A DNA stretch of 64,000 nt from Vicugna vicugna (lineage: Eukaryota). This document shows, piece by piece, positions 53,131 to 64,000 of the stretch (within the stretch, counting starts at the first letter, position 1; each line of letters begins with the position of its first letter). The stretch spans positions 798,678 to 862,677 of the forward strand of contig MU058531.1 in assembly GCA_013265495.1 (NCBI GenBank), in the 5' to 3' direction. The translations under genes were made by a program, and so were the position numbers. The notes under the pieces are model-generated. The model saw nothing but the letters and a program-made list of their open reading frames with translations. It did not search any database and had not been told where the DNA came from.

Positions 53131-54357
53131 TATGAGTGATGGTCTTTGTGATAAGAAATACACACCTTATCCCCCCACATACGTCACAGAGAAATGCAAA
53201 GCCTGATGGAGCTTATCATTATCAGAGAGTCTGGGGAATGTTTCAAAGCTATGAAATAATTTGGAATGATAATAGTAAGTGAAGGTCACTAACACAGGAG
53301 CCACAAGATGTAGCTTGAAGCCAGAATCCACCGTTTAACTAATTGGCAAATTGTTAACCTCTGTGAATCTCAGTTTCTTCATTTTAAAAGGGGAAAAATA
53401 AAGAAAATGGCACATTCTGTACCTAAAAGAAATAAGAATAAGGGTAGTAACAGTTAACATTCGAATATCATCATAAAATTTAAATGCTTCTTTCACATTT
53501 ATCATCGTATTTAACTCTTGAACACTTACTATCTACCTAAAATGGTAGATTATCTAACTTTCAACATTCTGGCTTGTAGATATCATTATTTGCATTCTAT
53601 AGATAAGACACTGAAGGTCATGTGAAGGGTAAAAGTGAGATGAAAACACTCTGAAAGTGTACATTAAGCATAAGGTGCTGTAATTACTCAAGATAAGAAA
53701 TATTGTGTTTCCTAAGCCTTCCCTCCACTGATTAAATTAGTGAGTTTTCATCATAGAATTTAAAATCTAATTCAACACTTGTGTTCTAAGACCCACTGTT
53801 ATGTGTTATCAGCCTCCATCCCCAAGGAGCTTCTGATCTCCATACATACAGAGCCCTAACACCCCTAGAGAGAGGCAACGGAATCTCCCGTTTCCTTGTC
53901 CTCCCTAATGCAGATCCAGGAAAACAGAATTGCTATTATTTTCATGGATGTGGTAGTTACTTGGCAACAGAGACACAGGTGTGTTTCCTACCTGTGCCAA
54001 TAAGACGTATGGAGGAAAGGGGACATTCTCAGTGAAATCTGGCATTTTCCAACTCCCCACAGCTCTGCAGGAGAGAAGGCTGTGAGGATTCTCCTTTGCC
54101 TGAACGTGTGTAAAGGCAGGGGTGACAGGTGCACCAAAAGTATCTTCCCATGCTTTACACTGGATGATTAGGGTAAAGGACACACATGCAGATCATCACT
54201 TCCAAGTGTTGGAAATCATCCCAGGCATCACCTTTAAACATTCTACAGTTTTAAAGAGCAAAGATCACAGTTGTTGAATTCCCTTTGCAGAAACCTGACG
54301 TATAATTTGACACTTCTATGACTCTTCTGGTGTTTTTTGACGTATATTTTTCTACTA

Positions 54358-54578
54358 CAGTTGACCCTTGAACAACACAGGGGCTAGGGGCACCAACTCC
54401 CCAGGCAGTCAAAACTTCATATGTAATTATACAGGAAACCCTCCATATCCACAGTTCTGAATTAAGGCATTCAAACAATCACAGATCATGTAGTACTGTA
54501 GTATGCATTTACTGAAAAAAAAGTCTGCGTATAAGTGTACCCATGCATTTCAAATCCGTGTTGTTCAAGGGTCCACTG
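54358..54578 (+). mobile_element. Tigger2a-like TcMar MITE (copy 1)
   Basis: TIRs cagttgacccttgaacaacac / gtgttgttcaagggtccactg with TA target duplications on both sides. Confidence 0.9.
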
Positions 54579-54681
54579 TATTAAAGGAAGTGCTGTTTGA
54601 ATACAGAAACTAGGAAAATACAGAAAAAAAACTGATGAAACAATCGTAATCCATAATTTAATAAGGCAAAATAACTATTAA

Positions 54682-54928
54682 TGTGGTAAATTGTTTTCAA
54701 AGATGGTCACAACCATCCCTCCCTCCTGGATGCACTTTTGCAGCACAACTTTGCCACTCCTCTCATCTGGAGATGGAGTTTGATTTTCCCACCCCTTAAA
54801 TCTGGGCAGACACTGCAGTTGCTTTGCCAACAGAATGTGGCAGAGTGACACTGTGCAAATAATGGTGTTAGGCTTTAAGAGGACCTATAGCTTTTGTTTT
54901 CACCTGCTTGGATCCCTAGGTCTCCATA
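54682..54928 (+). mobile_element. MaLR LTR 5' fragment (MLT1-like)
   Basis: 'tgtggtaaattgttttcaaagatggtcaca...ccaacagaatgtggcagagtgacactgtg'; interrupted by an L1. Confidence 0.7.
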
Positions 54929-54929
54929 T

Positions 54930-56360
54930 TAAAAAAAATTTTTTTAAAGCAAAGTCTTCTAAAATAAGCTATTTAAATAAAATTCAATCTTATAACACCA
55001 CAGGTCTAAATTTCAACCGAAAATCATTCATACGGAGAACAGAGAAGATCTCAAATCAAATGAAAAAAAGGAAAATCAACCAGTATGACATAAATGTTGG
55101 AATTATCTGACATGGATTTTAAAGCAGCCATCATGAAAATGCTTCAGTGAGCATATGAATGTGCTTGAACCAAATGAAAATATAGAAAGTGTCAGAAAAG
55201 CAGCAGAAGATATAAATAACTAAAGGGAAATTTTTGAACTAACTCAAAACATAAATGAAATTTTTAAAAAAAAACCTCAGTGGATGGGTTCAACAGCAGA
55301 ATGGAGAGGACAGAGGAAGAATCAATAAGTTGAAAATGAAATAGAAATCATCCAATCTGTACAAAAGAGAGAAAACAGTCTAATAAGTAAATAAATAAAG
55401 CCTCAGGGACATGGGGGACTATGACAGAAGATTAACATTCATGTCACTGAAGTCCAGGAAAAAAGGAGAAAGAGGGTGGGTTGAAAAAGTGTTCTAAGAA
55501 ATCATGGCTGAAAATTTCCCAAATTTGGCAAGAGATAAACCTACAGATACAAGAAACTGAAAGAAACTCAAACAGGATAAACCCAAAGTAATCTATTTTG
55601 TCAAGACATATCATGGCTAAACTTCTGAAAACTGAAGACAAAGAAAAGAAACTTGATAGCAACCTGGGAGAAATGATGCGTACCTATCGCGAAAAAAAAA
55701 TTGAATGAGTCAGACTTCTTATTGCAATCCCTGAAGGCCAGAAGAAAGTGGCACAACATTTCTCAAACACTGAATTATAAGAATCCTCAAACCAGAATCC
55801 TACTGTTAGCAAATATCTCCTTCACGAATGAAGGGGAAATTGAGATATCTTAAGATGAAGGGTAACTGGTATTTGTTGCCAGCAGACCAGCTATAAAAAG
55901 AAGACTAAAGGAAGTTCTCTAAACAGAAGGAAAAATGGTGAAAGAGGACATTTTGGAAAATCAGGAATGGAAGAAAGAACCCAGAAAAAGCAAAAGAAGG
56001 GGTGAATGCAGTAATGTCTCCTCCTTGTCTTAAGTTTTCTACATTGTTTGATGGTTGGGGAAAAAATTAGAACAACGTCTGCTGTGGTTCTCAATGTATA
56101 TAGAGGAAATATTTAAGGCAAGTATAGTGGGAGAGAGAAAAGGGAGGTGAGATGCCAGCTGGTAAATGTTGACACTTGTAGACCGTGATGAGGTGCGTGT
56201 ATGTAACCTACATGTGAGACCTAGAGCAGTGACTACAAAAACTATCCAAAAAGAAACACTGAAAAATGCTATAGACAAATCAAAACAATTTAAGTCACCC
56301 TCAGGAAGGCAAGGAAAAAGAACACAGAAAAATGAAAAACAGAAAACAAAATTCTTCAAA
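54930..56360 (+). mobile_element. Old L1 (L1MC/MD-like) ORF1 region remnant
   Basis: 'gatgggttcaacagcagaatggagaggacagaggaagaatcaa', 'atggctgaaaatttcccaaatttggcaaga' and 'tccttcacgaatgaaggggaaat'. Confidence 0.85.
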
Positions 56361-56369
56361 ACACACAAT

Positions 56370-56600
56370 TGCAGTGGCCTCCGAGCAATCAGGTGCAAAG
56401 TGGTGACAGCCTGTGCTCTGGAGCCGGCTTGCCCGGGTTACGCTCCTGACTTCATCACGCTGGGCAAGTTCCCTCATCTCCCTGGGCCTCAGGCACCAAG
56501 CCTGCCAGCTGGAAGTAATATCCACTTCGCAGGATTTTGTTGCGGTTCGAATAACTTAATATTTATTTACAACAGTGCCTGGCAAGTGGTAAATATTATA
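56370..56600 (+). mobile_element. MIR SINE
   Basis: 'gctctggagccggcttgcccgggtt...ctgggcaagtt...aacagtgcctggca'. Confidence 0.7.
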
Positions 56601-56628
56601 TACAAGGTTTCCAGTTAAATTAAAAATA

Positions 56629-56857
56629 CAGTTGACCCAAACAACACAGGGGTTGGGGCACCCACGCTCCGGGTCACCAAAAAATCACGTGTAATTTACA
56701 GCCAGTCCCCCTACATGGGGTTCCTCCGTATCTGAGGCACTGTATCCTCGTATTCAGCAACCAACGGTCATGTAGGATCACAGTACTTACCACTGGGGGA
56801 CATCCACCAGTAAGTGGGCCCCCACAGTTCAAGCCTGCATTGTTCAAGGGTCAAATG
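56629..56857 (+). mobile_element. Tigger2a-like TcMar MITE (copy 2)
   Basis: cagttgaccc..acaacac...ttgttcaagggtcaaatg with flanking TA; homologous to 54358-54578. Confidence 0.85.
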
Positions 56858-57221
56858 TAACTGCATTGATTTCTCAACTAAAGGGCAGGGAAGCATTCAA
56901 ATGTTCTTCTTTTTTTGGTCTCATAAATGACATTGTGACTCGCGTTCTTGTTCTTTAGGCTTATTGTCTGACTAATTTTAGGATAGGGGAGTCCTCTAAA
57001 ATATGTCTTGATGTTCATATGCTGCCCCACCTCCTTTTTCCTGACAGGACAACCTGCAGACTTCTGAAAGAAGTGGTTTTGACACAGAACTTGAATAAAT
57101 AGAGTAGCTGGAGTTTTCACCAGTTTTGTTTTGCCAGCGCACAAAATAGAGTGGAGGTCTTTAAGGCAGATGATATAAAGAAGCCCTAATTATTTATGAT
57201 TTCATACCAATAAGTTCACTA

Positions 57222-57450
57222 AGGCAGCATGGTTTCTTGGTTAAGAGCATAGACCAAAGTTAGATTGCCTGGATTCAAATTCCAGCTCCCTCATTTATTA
57301 GCTGTGCAAAATTGGGCCCATTGCTTAACCTCTCTGTGCTTCAGTTTCTCCCTGTGTAAAAAGGGGGAAATAATAGTGTCTGCCTCAGAGGGATGTTATG
57401 AGGCTGAAGTGATTTAATGCAGCTAAAGTACTCAGAGTAGCCTGCCATTA
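57222..57450 (+). mobile_element. MIR SINE
   Basis: 'tggttaagagcatagac..ctggattcaaattccagctc..cttaacctctctgtgcttcagtttctccctgtgtaaaa'. Confidence 0.85.
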
Positions 57451-59057
57451 AAGCAAACAGAAAAGCTAAGTGAAACCCCTTTTGTGATGGCCTAAGTTCA
57501 TCCTGAAAGCATGCAGATGAGAAAACAGTCATGACCCTCAATGTGAAATGGTGAGGAAAAGAGGAAAAATACCTCCTTCCCTCACCATTCAGCAACGTTA
57601 GCTGCCAAGAGTGTTCTAACAGAGCTCTTGGTGACAAGTTACCACTATCTGTGGCCTACTGAACATTGCCTTCCCAATAAATCATCTCTAAAGGATGAGT
57701 GAAACAAGTAGTTTTGCATAATTTTTTTCATCTGAGCAGATTCTAGCTGCCTGCACATGTGGAAGCTTAGCATGCTTATTTGATGACAAACAGATCGGCC
57801 TGTCTCATTGGGGCATCTAAAAGCCTCAACGCGTGGTTTGAAATCTTTGAATATCTTGATTTAAAGGGACTCCATGACTAAAAGTGTTTATTCTTAGATT
57901 CCTTGTGGCTGTAAATCAAAATGGAAGATCATGCTTTGGGAGATGTTGTTTGCGGTGTTTTTAAATGGGAGTAGAAAATAAATTGCTAAAATCACTCAAA
58001 CTCTGGACTTAGAGTGGATTCTATTTGGGGAAATTATTACACAGTATATAAACAAACTCTACCAAGAGACACTGTTCAAGATTCCATGACTCCTTGCTAC
58101 TAAAGAATAGCAGCTGTTTGCTGCCAAAAATGCAGCTTCCTCTCCATCTTTAGTTTCTCCTTTCCTCATTTATAATGGCTGATTTCACTCTGGAATCTAG
58201 ACATGGGTCAGACTATAAAAGCATGAATCCATCCGTTTTAGTCCACCTTGCAGCAGGATGTGCAGGACCCAAAGGAATTACTCTATCATGGTTAGATTTC
58301 ATGCACTGTAAAGGCAAACAGATGTTTGGGGCTGATACCTACGTCCTCAACTCACACCTAATTAGTATGTTGACGATATACTGATTTCCTATCTCAGTTC
58401 AATGTTAAGTACTCTGGCCTATTCTTAGTAAAAACCAGCAAATTATCCTGGAAGTTCCAAGAGCTAAGTGTTTTTATTACCCCTTCCCTGTAACCCTGAA
58501 GAGCCATGTGTTCTATTTTAAAGTGTGAAAAATATTAGGACCGGGAGCCTGGACAGCTCCTCCTGTTCATAACAGCTGAGGACTGTCCGTCCACTTCCAG
58601 GGCACAGTGTCAAGGTCTGGCTTCCATAACTTGGGGAATTTGATTCGTGTCCCAAAGAAAGCTTCAGAAGGGAGGCCTCTTGTGATTTCTTAAGAATTTC
58701 TGCTCCAGTGTGCTTTGGAGACCTCACAGAATTAAAAGAAGAATTTGGTATAAATAAGGAGCCTCCACTAGAGGATTTCCAGCTAGGGACTATTTATATA
58801 TTGGACCCTCCTCTCCTAGGGGATAAACTCAACGAGCAAGGCCAAGGTAATGGGAACAGAGAGCAAAGAGCCCTCCAGCCTCTGTAGCTTTGGAGTGTGG
58901 GGAATCAGACATGGATTTGAATCTTGTCTCTTCCACTTATCAGCCACTTTTTAACCTCAGACAAGTTAAAAAACACTCTTTGGTGATGATACTAGTGTCA
59001 TCCTGATAGGATTGTTGTGAGGATTTAAAGAGCTAAAATACCTACTATAGTGCTTCT

Positions 59058-59340
59058 AAAAGAAACAAACTATGGTTACCAAGGGGGAAAGGGTGGGGAG
59101 GGATAAATTAAAGGTTGAGGATTAACAGACACATGTTGCTATATATAAAATGGATAAACAGCAAGGACCTACTGTATAGCACAGGGACCTATACTCAGTT
59201 TCTTGTAATAAAATATAATGGAAAAGAATCTGAAAAGAAAAAATATATATGTATGTACATGCATACCTGAATCACTTTGCAGTACACCTGAAATTAATAT
59301 TGTAAATCAACTACAAATCAATAAAAGTTTTAAAAAGATT
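59058..59340 (+). mobile_element. 5'-truncated L1 3' end (cetartiodactyl type)
   Basis: 'atggttaccaagggggaaagggtggggagggataaatt...ctactgtatagcacaggg...caataaaa'. Confidence 0.88.
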
Positions 59341-59389
59341 ATTTCCTATTTTAATACTCTCAATATTGAGGCTGTCTTCGTATTGCTAT

Positions 59390-59857
59390 TGTTGTCGAAT
59401 GTAAGTTCTTGTGCCTGACGCACCTTGAGGCCAAACTGAAATGGAGTTTGGAGCAGAGAAAGGTTTACTGCAGGGCTGAGCAAAGAGGACAAGGTGGCTC
59501 ATGCCCAAGAAAACCTCGAACTCCTTGAAGGGCTTCAGCAAAGCACATTCAAAGGCCAGGTAAGGGAGGGGGTCACAGGGTACGTGATCAGCTCGTGCAC
59601 AGTTCTCTGAGTGGTTGATGTTGCGGGAACAGGGTGGTCAACATTATCAGCCCCTGGGTGCCGGAAAGTCTGGGGGCCAAGTGTTCTCAATCATCAGGCA
59701 GTCAATTTCTTCCCTTTGGTGGAGGCTTTAGCATCTGAAAAGCTCAGGAAATACGCATGAGATACTATTATCTGGGTACTTCAGGGAGGAGCTACAGCAG
59801 AGGATATGGGGGAGGGGTCTGACCCTGGAAGGCCCCACAGGGTCCTGCTCAGTTACA
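59390..59857 (-). mobile_element. ERV solo LTR (family B, copy 2)
   Basis: TG...CA termini and 5-bp TSD gctat/gctac; the reverse complement matches 41760-42227. Confidence 0.88.
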
Positions 59858-59959
59858 GCTACCTCCCTACTGAGATTTACACCAGATAGTCAGAAAACAA
59901 GAACCAATAAAACATATTAAGAGCCTACCATTCTTCCAGTCCTGTGCTAATCACTCAGC

Positions 59960-60620
59960 TCAATGATGTAAAGACAGAAGGGTAAATGGGAGAGAGGAGA
60001 CCAGTCTGCCATGCAGAAGAATTCTAAGTAATTTGTGTAAGATACTCAAACATAACTTCCCACTCCTACGTGTGAGCCCCACACAGTGACTTTCCTCCAA
60101 AGAGCACAGTGTGGAAAGAGGTGGGGGTCTGGAAACTTTAAGTGAAGAGATCTGATGAACACTAGCTCAGCCAGATGATCAAGGTCACCACCAACAGTCA
60201 TGCGTCAGGTTAACTGTATGTACCCTTACCCCAGCCGACTCCCAAGAAAAACCTCAGAGCAATCACAGTTGAGGGACACTCGACAAAATACCTGACCAGT
60301 ACTCCTCAAAGCTTGCAAGGTTATTGAAAACAAGAAAGTTCTGAAAAATGATCACAGCCAAGAGGTGCCTCAGGAGACGTGAAAACTAAATGTAATGTGG
60401 TCAGTTCTAGAAAAAAAAGGACATTAGGTGAAAACTAAAGAAATTCGAATAAAGTGTGGATCTAGTTAATAATACATCATACTGGTTCATTTACTGTAGC
60501 TAAGGAACTCTTCCAATGCAAGATAGTTAATAATAGGGGAACCGCAGAGGTCTACGGGGGTTCTCTATACTATCTTTGCAGTTTATCTGTATCTCTAAAA
60601 CTGTTCTAAAAACGAAAGTT
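59960..60620 (+). mobile_element. L1MC-like 3' UTR fragment
   Basis: 'acaaaatacctgaccagtactcctcaaa...aactaaatgtaatgtgg...aataggggaacc..tatactatctttgca'. Confidence 0.8.
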
Positions 60621-61299
60621 TTTTTGTTGTTGTTGTTTTTTAAAGATGTGTGTTAGGCCCACTCCAGCTGGACTAAGGATCGCACTTAGCCAGAGGGAAG
60701 CCCAGCCCGTCAAAGCTATTTCCAGAAGGGGATTGCCGGAAGAGCAAAGCCACCGGAAACACTGCTAACAGGCACCCCATTCCCTTTAAATTAAAGTGCC
60801 TGTCTTTCCTCCACTGCCAGGAATGTTCACTGCTGGAACATACTGGACCTGACCTACTTTTAATTCCATTTGTCTGCTAATGCCATCAGGCTCAATTTAT
60901 TGGTGGCTAATAGGCTCTTTCTAAAGAAAGATTCATGACTGGAGAAAAAGAACTTAACATTATTAGTCAGAAGACTTCAGGAATGGACAGAGCAAATATC
61001 AGAAGGGTCCAGTCCTTAAGGCTTGGCCTGGATGACAAGTCTTAGCCACCTCAGCCTGTGTGTGGTCATGTAAACCAGCGCCAAGCCAGGGAGGGCAGGG
61101 AGCAGACGTCAGGCTCTGCGCAGGGGTGGTAATGCACTTCTATGATGGGCTAGAATTAAGAAAAATGCCCCAGGGATTGGGCTCCAACCTGAATACACGC
61201 CAGCAGCCTTAAAAGGCTACTCAAAATCAGAATACAAATCTCCATCACTATTTGCAGAGGTCCAAGCATACTGCTTCCTTCATTAGGAACAGCAGTGTA

Positions 61300-62012
61300 G
61301 GGTGATGGGTTCAATAGGGCAGATTTAAATTCCAACTTCTGGAATCCACGAATAGCAGAATTTGTCCAACCAACACTTTTGGTTGGCACAATGATGGGGA
61401 GAGGCAGGGATGCTAGATGCCCCACAACACCTGGGAGAGTCCAGCCTCACAACCATCCTCCATGCCACATGCCCTTTACATGTCACTCCAGAGAGCCATG
61501 CGGAACAAAATCAGTGCATACTTACTAGAGCCTAGAGCACAGGTCGGTGCTACACGTAAACACAAAGTATCTTTTGCAAGCTATTGATTTAGCAGAAACT
61601 CAACCACCATGTAAATCAAAGAGTTTCCATTACTTGAAACTTCCACAAGTTGTTCACCATTCCGGACAGTATCATGACTTACCTCATACCAACACTGATG
61701 GCAGTTTTTGGGCCCCAGACAACATGAGCTTGCACTTGTAGTCTGCCTTTACAGAGGTTTCATACACAAGTGCAAGTATCTAATGGCTTCATTAGGCCTT
61801 CTACTGTGGTTATGCTTGAAAATTTACTTACTGAAATGCATATATCACTTTAGTGGAAATTACTTTCTTTTTATTTCTCCTTTATATTATCACTAAGATG
61901 TTATAGTAATGTTCTGATGGTGTGAATAGGTATTTTACTTTAGGACAGTAATGAGGACATTACGAAATGTTTGCATAATTAGGTGTTGGGTCTGCTAGGC
62001 TTGAGAAACACA
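61300..62012. mobile_element. MER20B-like hAT-Charlie element
   Basis: 'cagggatgctagatgccc', 'agcctaga', 'taaacacaaagtat', 'gttgttcaccatt' and 'tgcaagtatctaatggcttcatt' are collinear with the recalled MER20B consensus; ends 'ttgagaaacacag'. Confidence 0.7.
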
Positions 62013-63369
62013 GTATTAGAAACAGTGGCTGTGAAAACGGGAGAGAGGAAAGCCCCTCTCAGCAGCTGGCCCTTTCATCCTCTCTAGGTGGGCTCTGTTA
62101 TTTCACGAAGCTGCCAGGCTGAAACCACAAGGGACTCATTTGAAGGAAATTCATGGGGTCAGAAGCCAGAATGGGCCCCAGGACTACCCCAGAAATTTGG
62201 AGCTACTCTGAGGCCCAATTAAATGCCATTAAGTGACACTCCAAACATGCTTCAGAAATTTTGAGGGGAGTCTAATCTCCTAAGCATTCTGACACCCAGC
62301 CAGGATGGGGTTCTGCTTTGTAAGAATAATTTCTCACACAGAGATGGAAGGAAGCCTCCCTGAACTGTTTTCTATGAGAGGGCAGGGCGACTACTTCCCA
62401 GGTTGTCCTACTTTGGGCAGCAGCCCCTTGGTGGAATTATTAAGTAGATTTCCTTTGGCCCAGCAAGGTTTGGTTTTAAGTTGGTGAAGACGACGATGTT
62501 AGTAAAGACAAGTATACCTGCCATGATGCAAGCTGGTACACAGTGGAATAGAAAGGCCCTCTGGGTTTTGATGCCAGTCTCCAGTTCTCCTCACCAAGCA
62601 CCATGGAAACAGCTTTTAAGCAGCACAGCCAGGGGACCAGCTCTGAGCCAGGCAGTCTCCTCCTTTGCTCATCCTGTATTGTTCTTGATCCGCACAGTCT
62701 CCCTGAGGTATTTGGTTCTTGCATCCGAGTAGGGTGCACAGTTCTCAGAAAACAGGACTTGGGCAGACATGCAGATCAGTGGTGTCTACCACCATGCCCC
62801 ACTTGAGTTGCAGGAAGATGCTTCCTCAGCGTGTAATGCCTGTTTCAGAAGATCCTGGATATTAACACTGGATGAGGATCGGAGCTGAAATAGAATTGCT
62901 CAGGGTACTCATGACTGTATCAACATTACCTTTCTCGATCTCCCAGGGGTTTATCTGATTCAAATCGTGTTATTTGTCTCCATTTCCCTCAGTGAAAATA
63001 TTCAAAGGTCAGTGCTTAAACTAGCTGAGGGAATTCACGTTGGACCCGACGAATGGCATGCCGAATTCAATTGGAGGGAGAATTTCGACTTAAGTGCTTC
63101 CTGCAGAATCCACGTGGCTCGTACTTACTATCAGCATAAAAAGTCATGTGCAGAAAGTTGTAAGTCACATGTCCTTGTCTTCAAGAATGTGGAACTTTCA
63201 TGGCAGTTTCAGAGGAATTTTCCTCTGTAGGCACTATAAAGAACAGCAAAATTAACAAAAACACCGCTATCAATAAAATGCTATTCATGAGGCCCTAACT
63301 CTATTTCAGATGGAGTACCAAGGGCGTGTGGCCTCTGCCATCTCATTTATTCATCATAATAACTTCATA

Positions 63370-63510
63370 ATACAAATATTATCATCTCCAATTTCCAGAC
63401 AAGCAAACTGAAGTTCAAGTATGCTAATTAGCTTTTCCAAGCAGCTTGGAAGTAGAAGATTTGAATCCAGGACTGTCTGACTCTCACACCCTGGTTCTTA
63501 CCACTGCCCC
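63370..63510 (-). mobile_element. MIR SINE
   Basis: 'attatcatctccaatttccagacaagcaaactgaag...gatttgaatccaggactgtctgactc'. Confidence 0.75.
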
Positions 63511-64000
63511 ATGAGGGGCAGTGTGGACTATGGCTGGAGTATGAAGCTCAGCATAAAACACGTCCCAAGTCACTGGCTGTGTGACTGGAATAAGAATCCT
63601 AACACCGTGCTTCTATTTCTCCAAGAGTCCTCAGTCACTCAGAGGAGAGCACAGATGGGTGCAGACGACTGGCTGAGACTGGGCTGGCTTGTTTATTCTG
63701 TGAACCAGCCCCTGGAGGGGATACTCCAGGTGCACACTGCCTGGGAGAGCGGGATGCACACTTGAAGAATAATGGTTACAGCTAATTTATGGATTTGTTC
63801 ACAAGGCCAGGGCTCTTGGAGATGTTCATTTCCTGGTCTGCTTGCACAAGATGAGGAGTGGGGAGAGCTCTCCTCTACTGTCAGGTTTTTGCTATCTTGA
63901 GTGTTTGCAATCATTGCTATCCAAATACAGCTATTACCTCACCCTTCTGGGTTTTGCTGCTATTAGGTGATAGAAAATGCTCACCAAGTAGCCCAGCTAC

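Noticed and set aside
54358..56857. Composite DNA transposon bounded by two Tigger2a-like MITEs
   Set aside because: Each MITE is complete with its own TIRs and TA duplication; the interior holds older L1, MaLR and MIR pieces and no transposase.
62790..62935. Minus-strand donor/acceptor pair with a short open frame (LRSSSSVNIQDLLKQALHAEE...)
   Set aside because: The implied intron would be only 45 nt, the frame stops quickly, and the peptide is not recognisable.
62993..63007. 15-nt micro-exon (ccctcag|tgaaaatattcaaag|gtcagt)
   Set aside because: Splice-like words are common by chance, and no flanking exons or host gene are identifiable.

Overview
Mammalian, most probably camelid (alpaca/llama/camel), non-coding DNA, either intergenic or deep intronic. 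The assignment rests on two tRNA-Ala-derived VIC-1-type SINEs and a young L1 3' end of camelid type. I can support no protein-coding exon, RNA gene or CpG-island promoter; the supplied ORFs are chance frames or transposon-derived. The window is dominated by interspersed repeats: L1 fragments of several ages, L2, MIR, MaLR/ERVL and ERV1 solo LTRs (many with readable target-site duplications), and Tigger2a-, MER5-, MER58- and MER20B-like DNA elements. The most structured object is a 3'-truncated ERV1-like provirus (36535-~38390) with a 5' LTR, a degenerate tRNA-Ser primer-binding site, a strong CTCF-like motif and a gag remnant. Other points of interest are repeated insertions of the same LTR families, an internally deleted L1 that creates a chimeric 279-codon ORF, templated-insertion scars, patches of CpG gain in ancient repeats, and a few unique enhancer-like stretches. 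I found no evidence of a novel biological system. Repeat subfamily names come from recalled consensus similarity, not from a database search, and ends without a target-site duplication are approximate.
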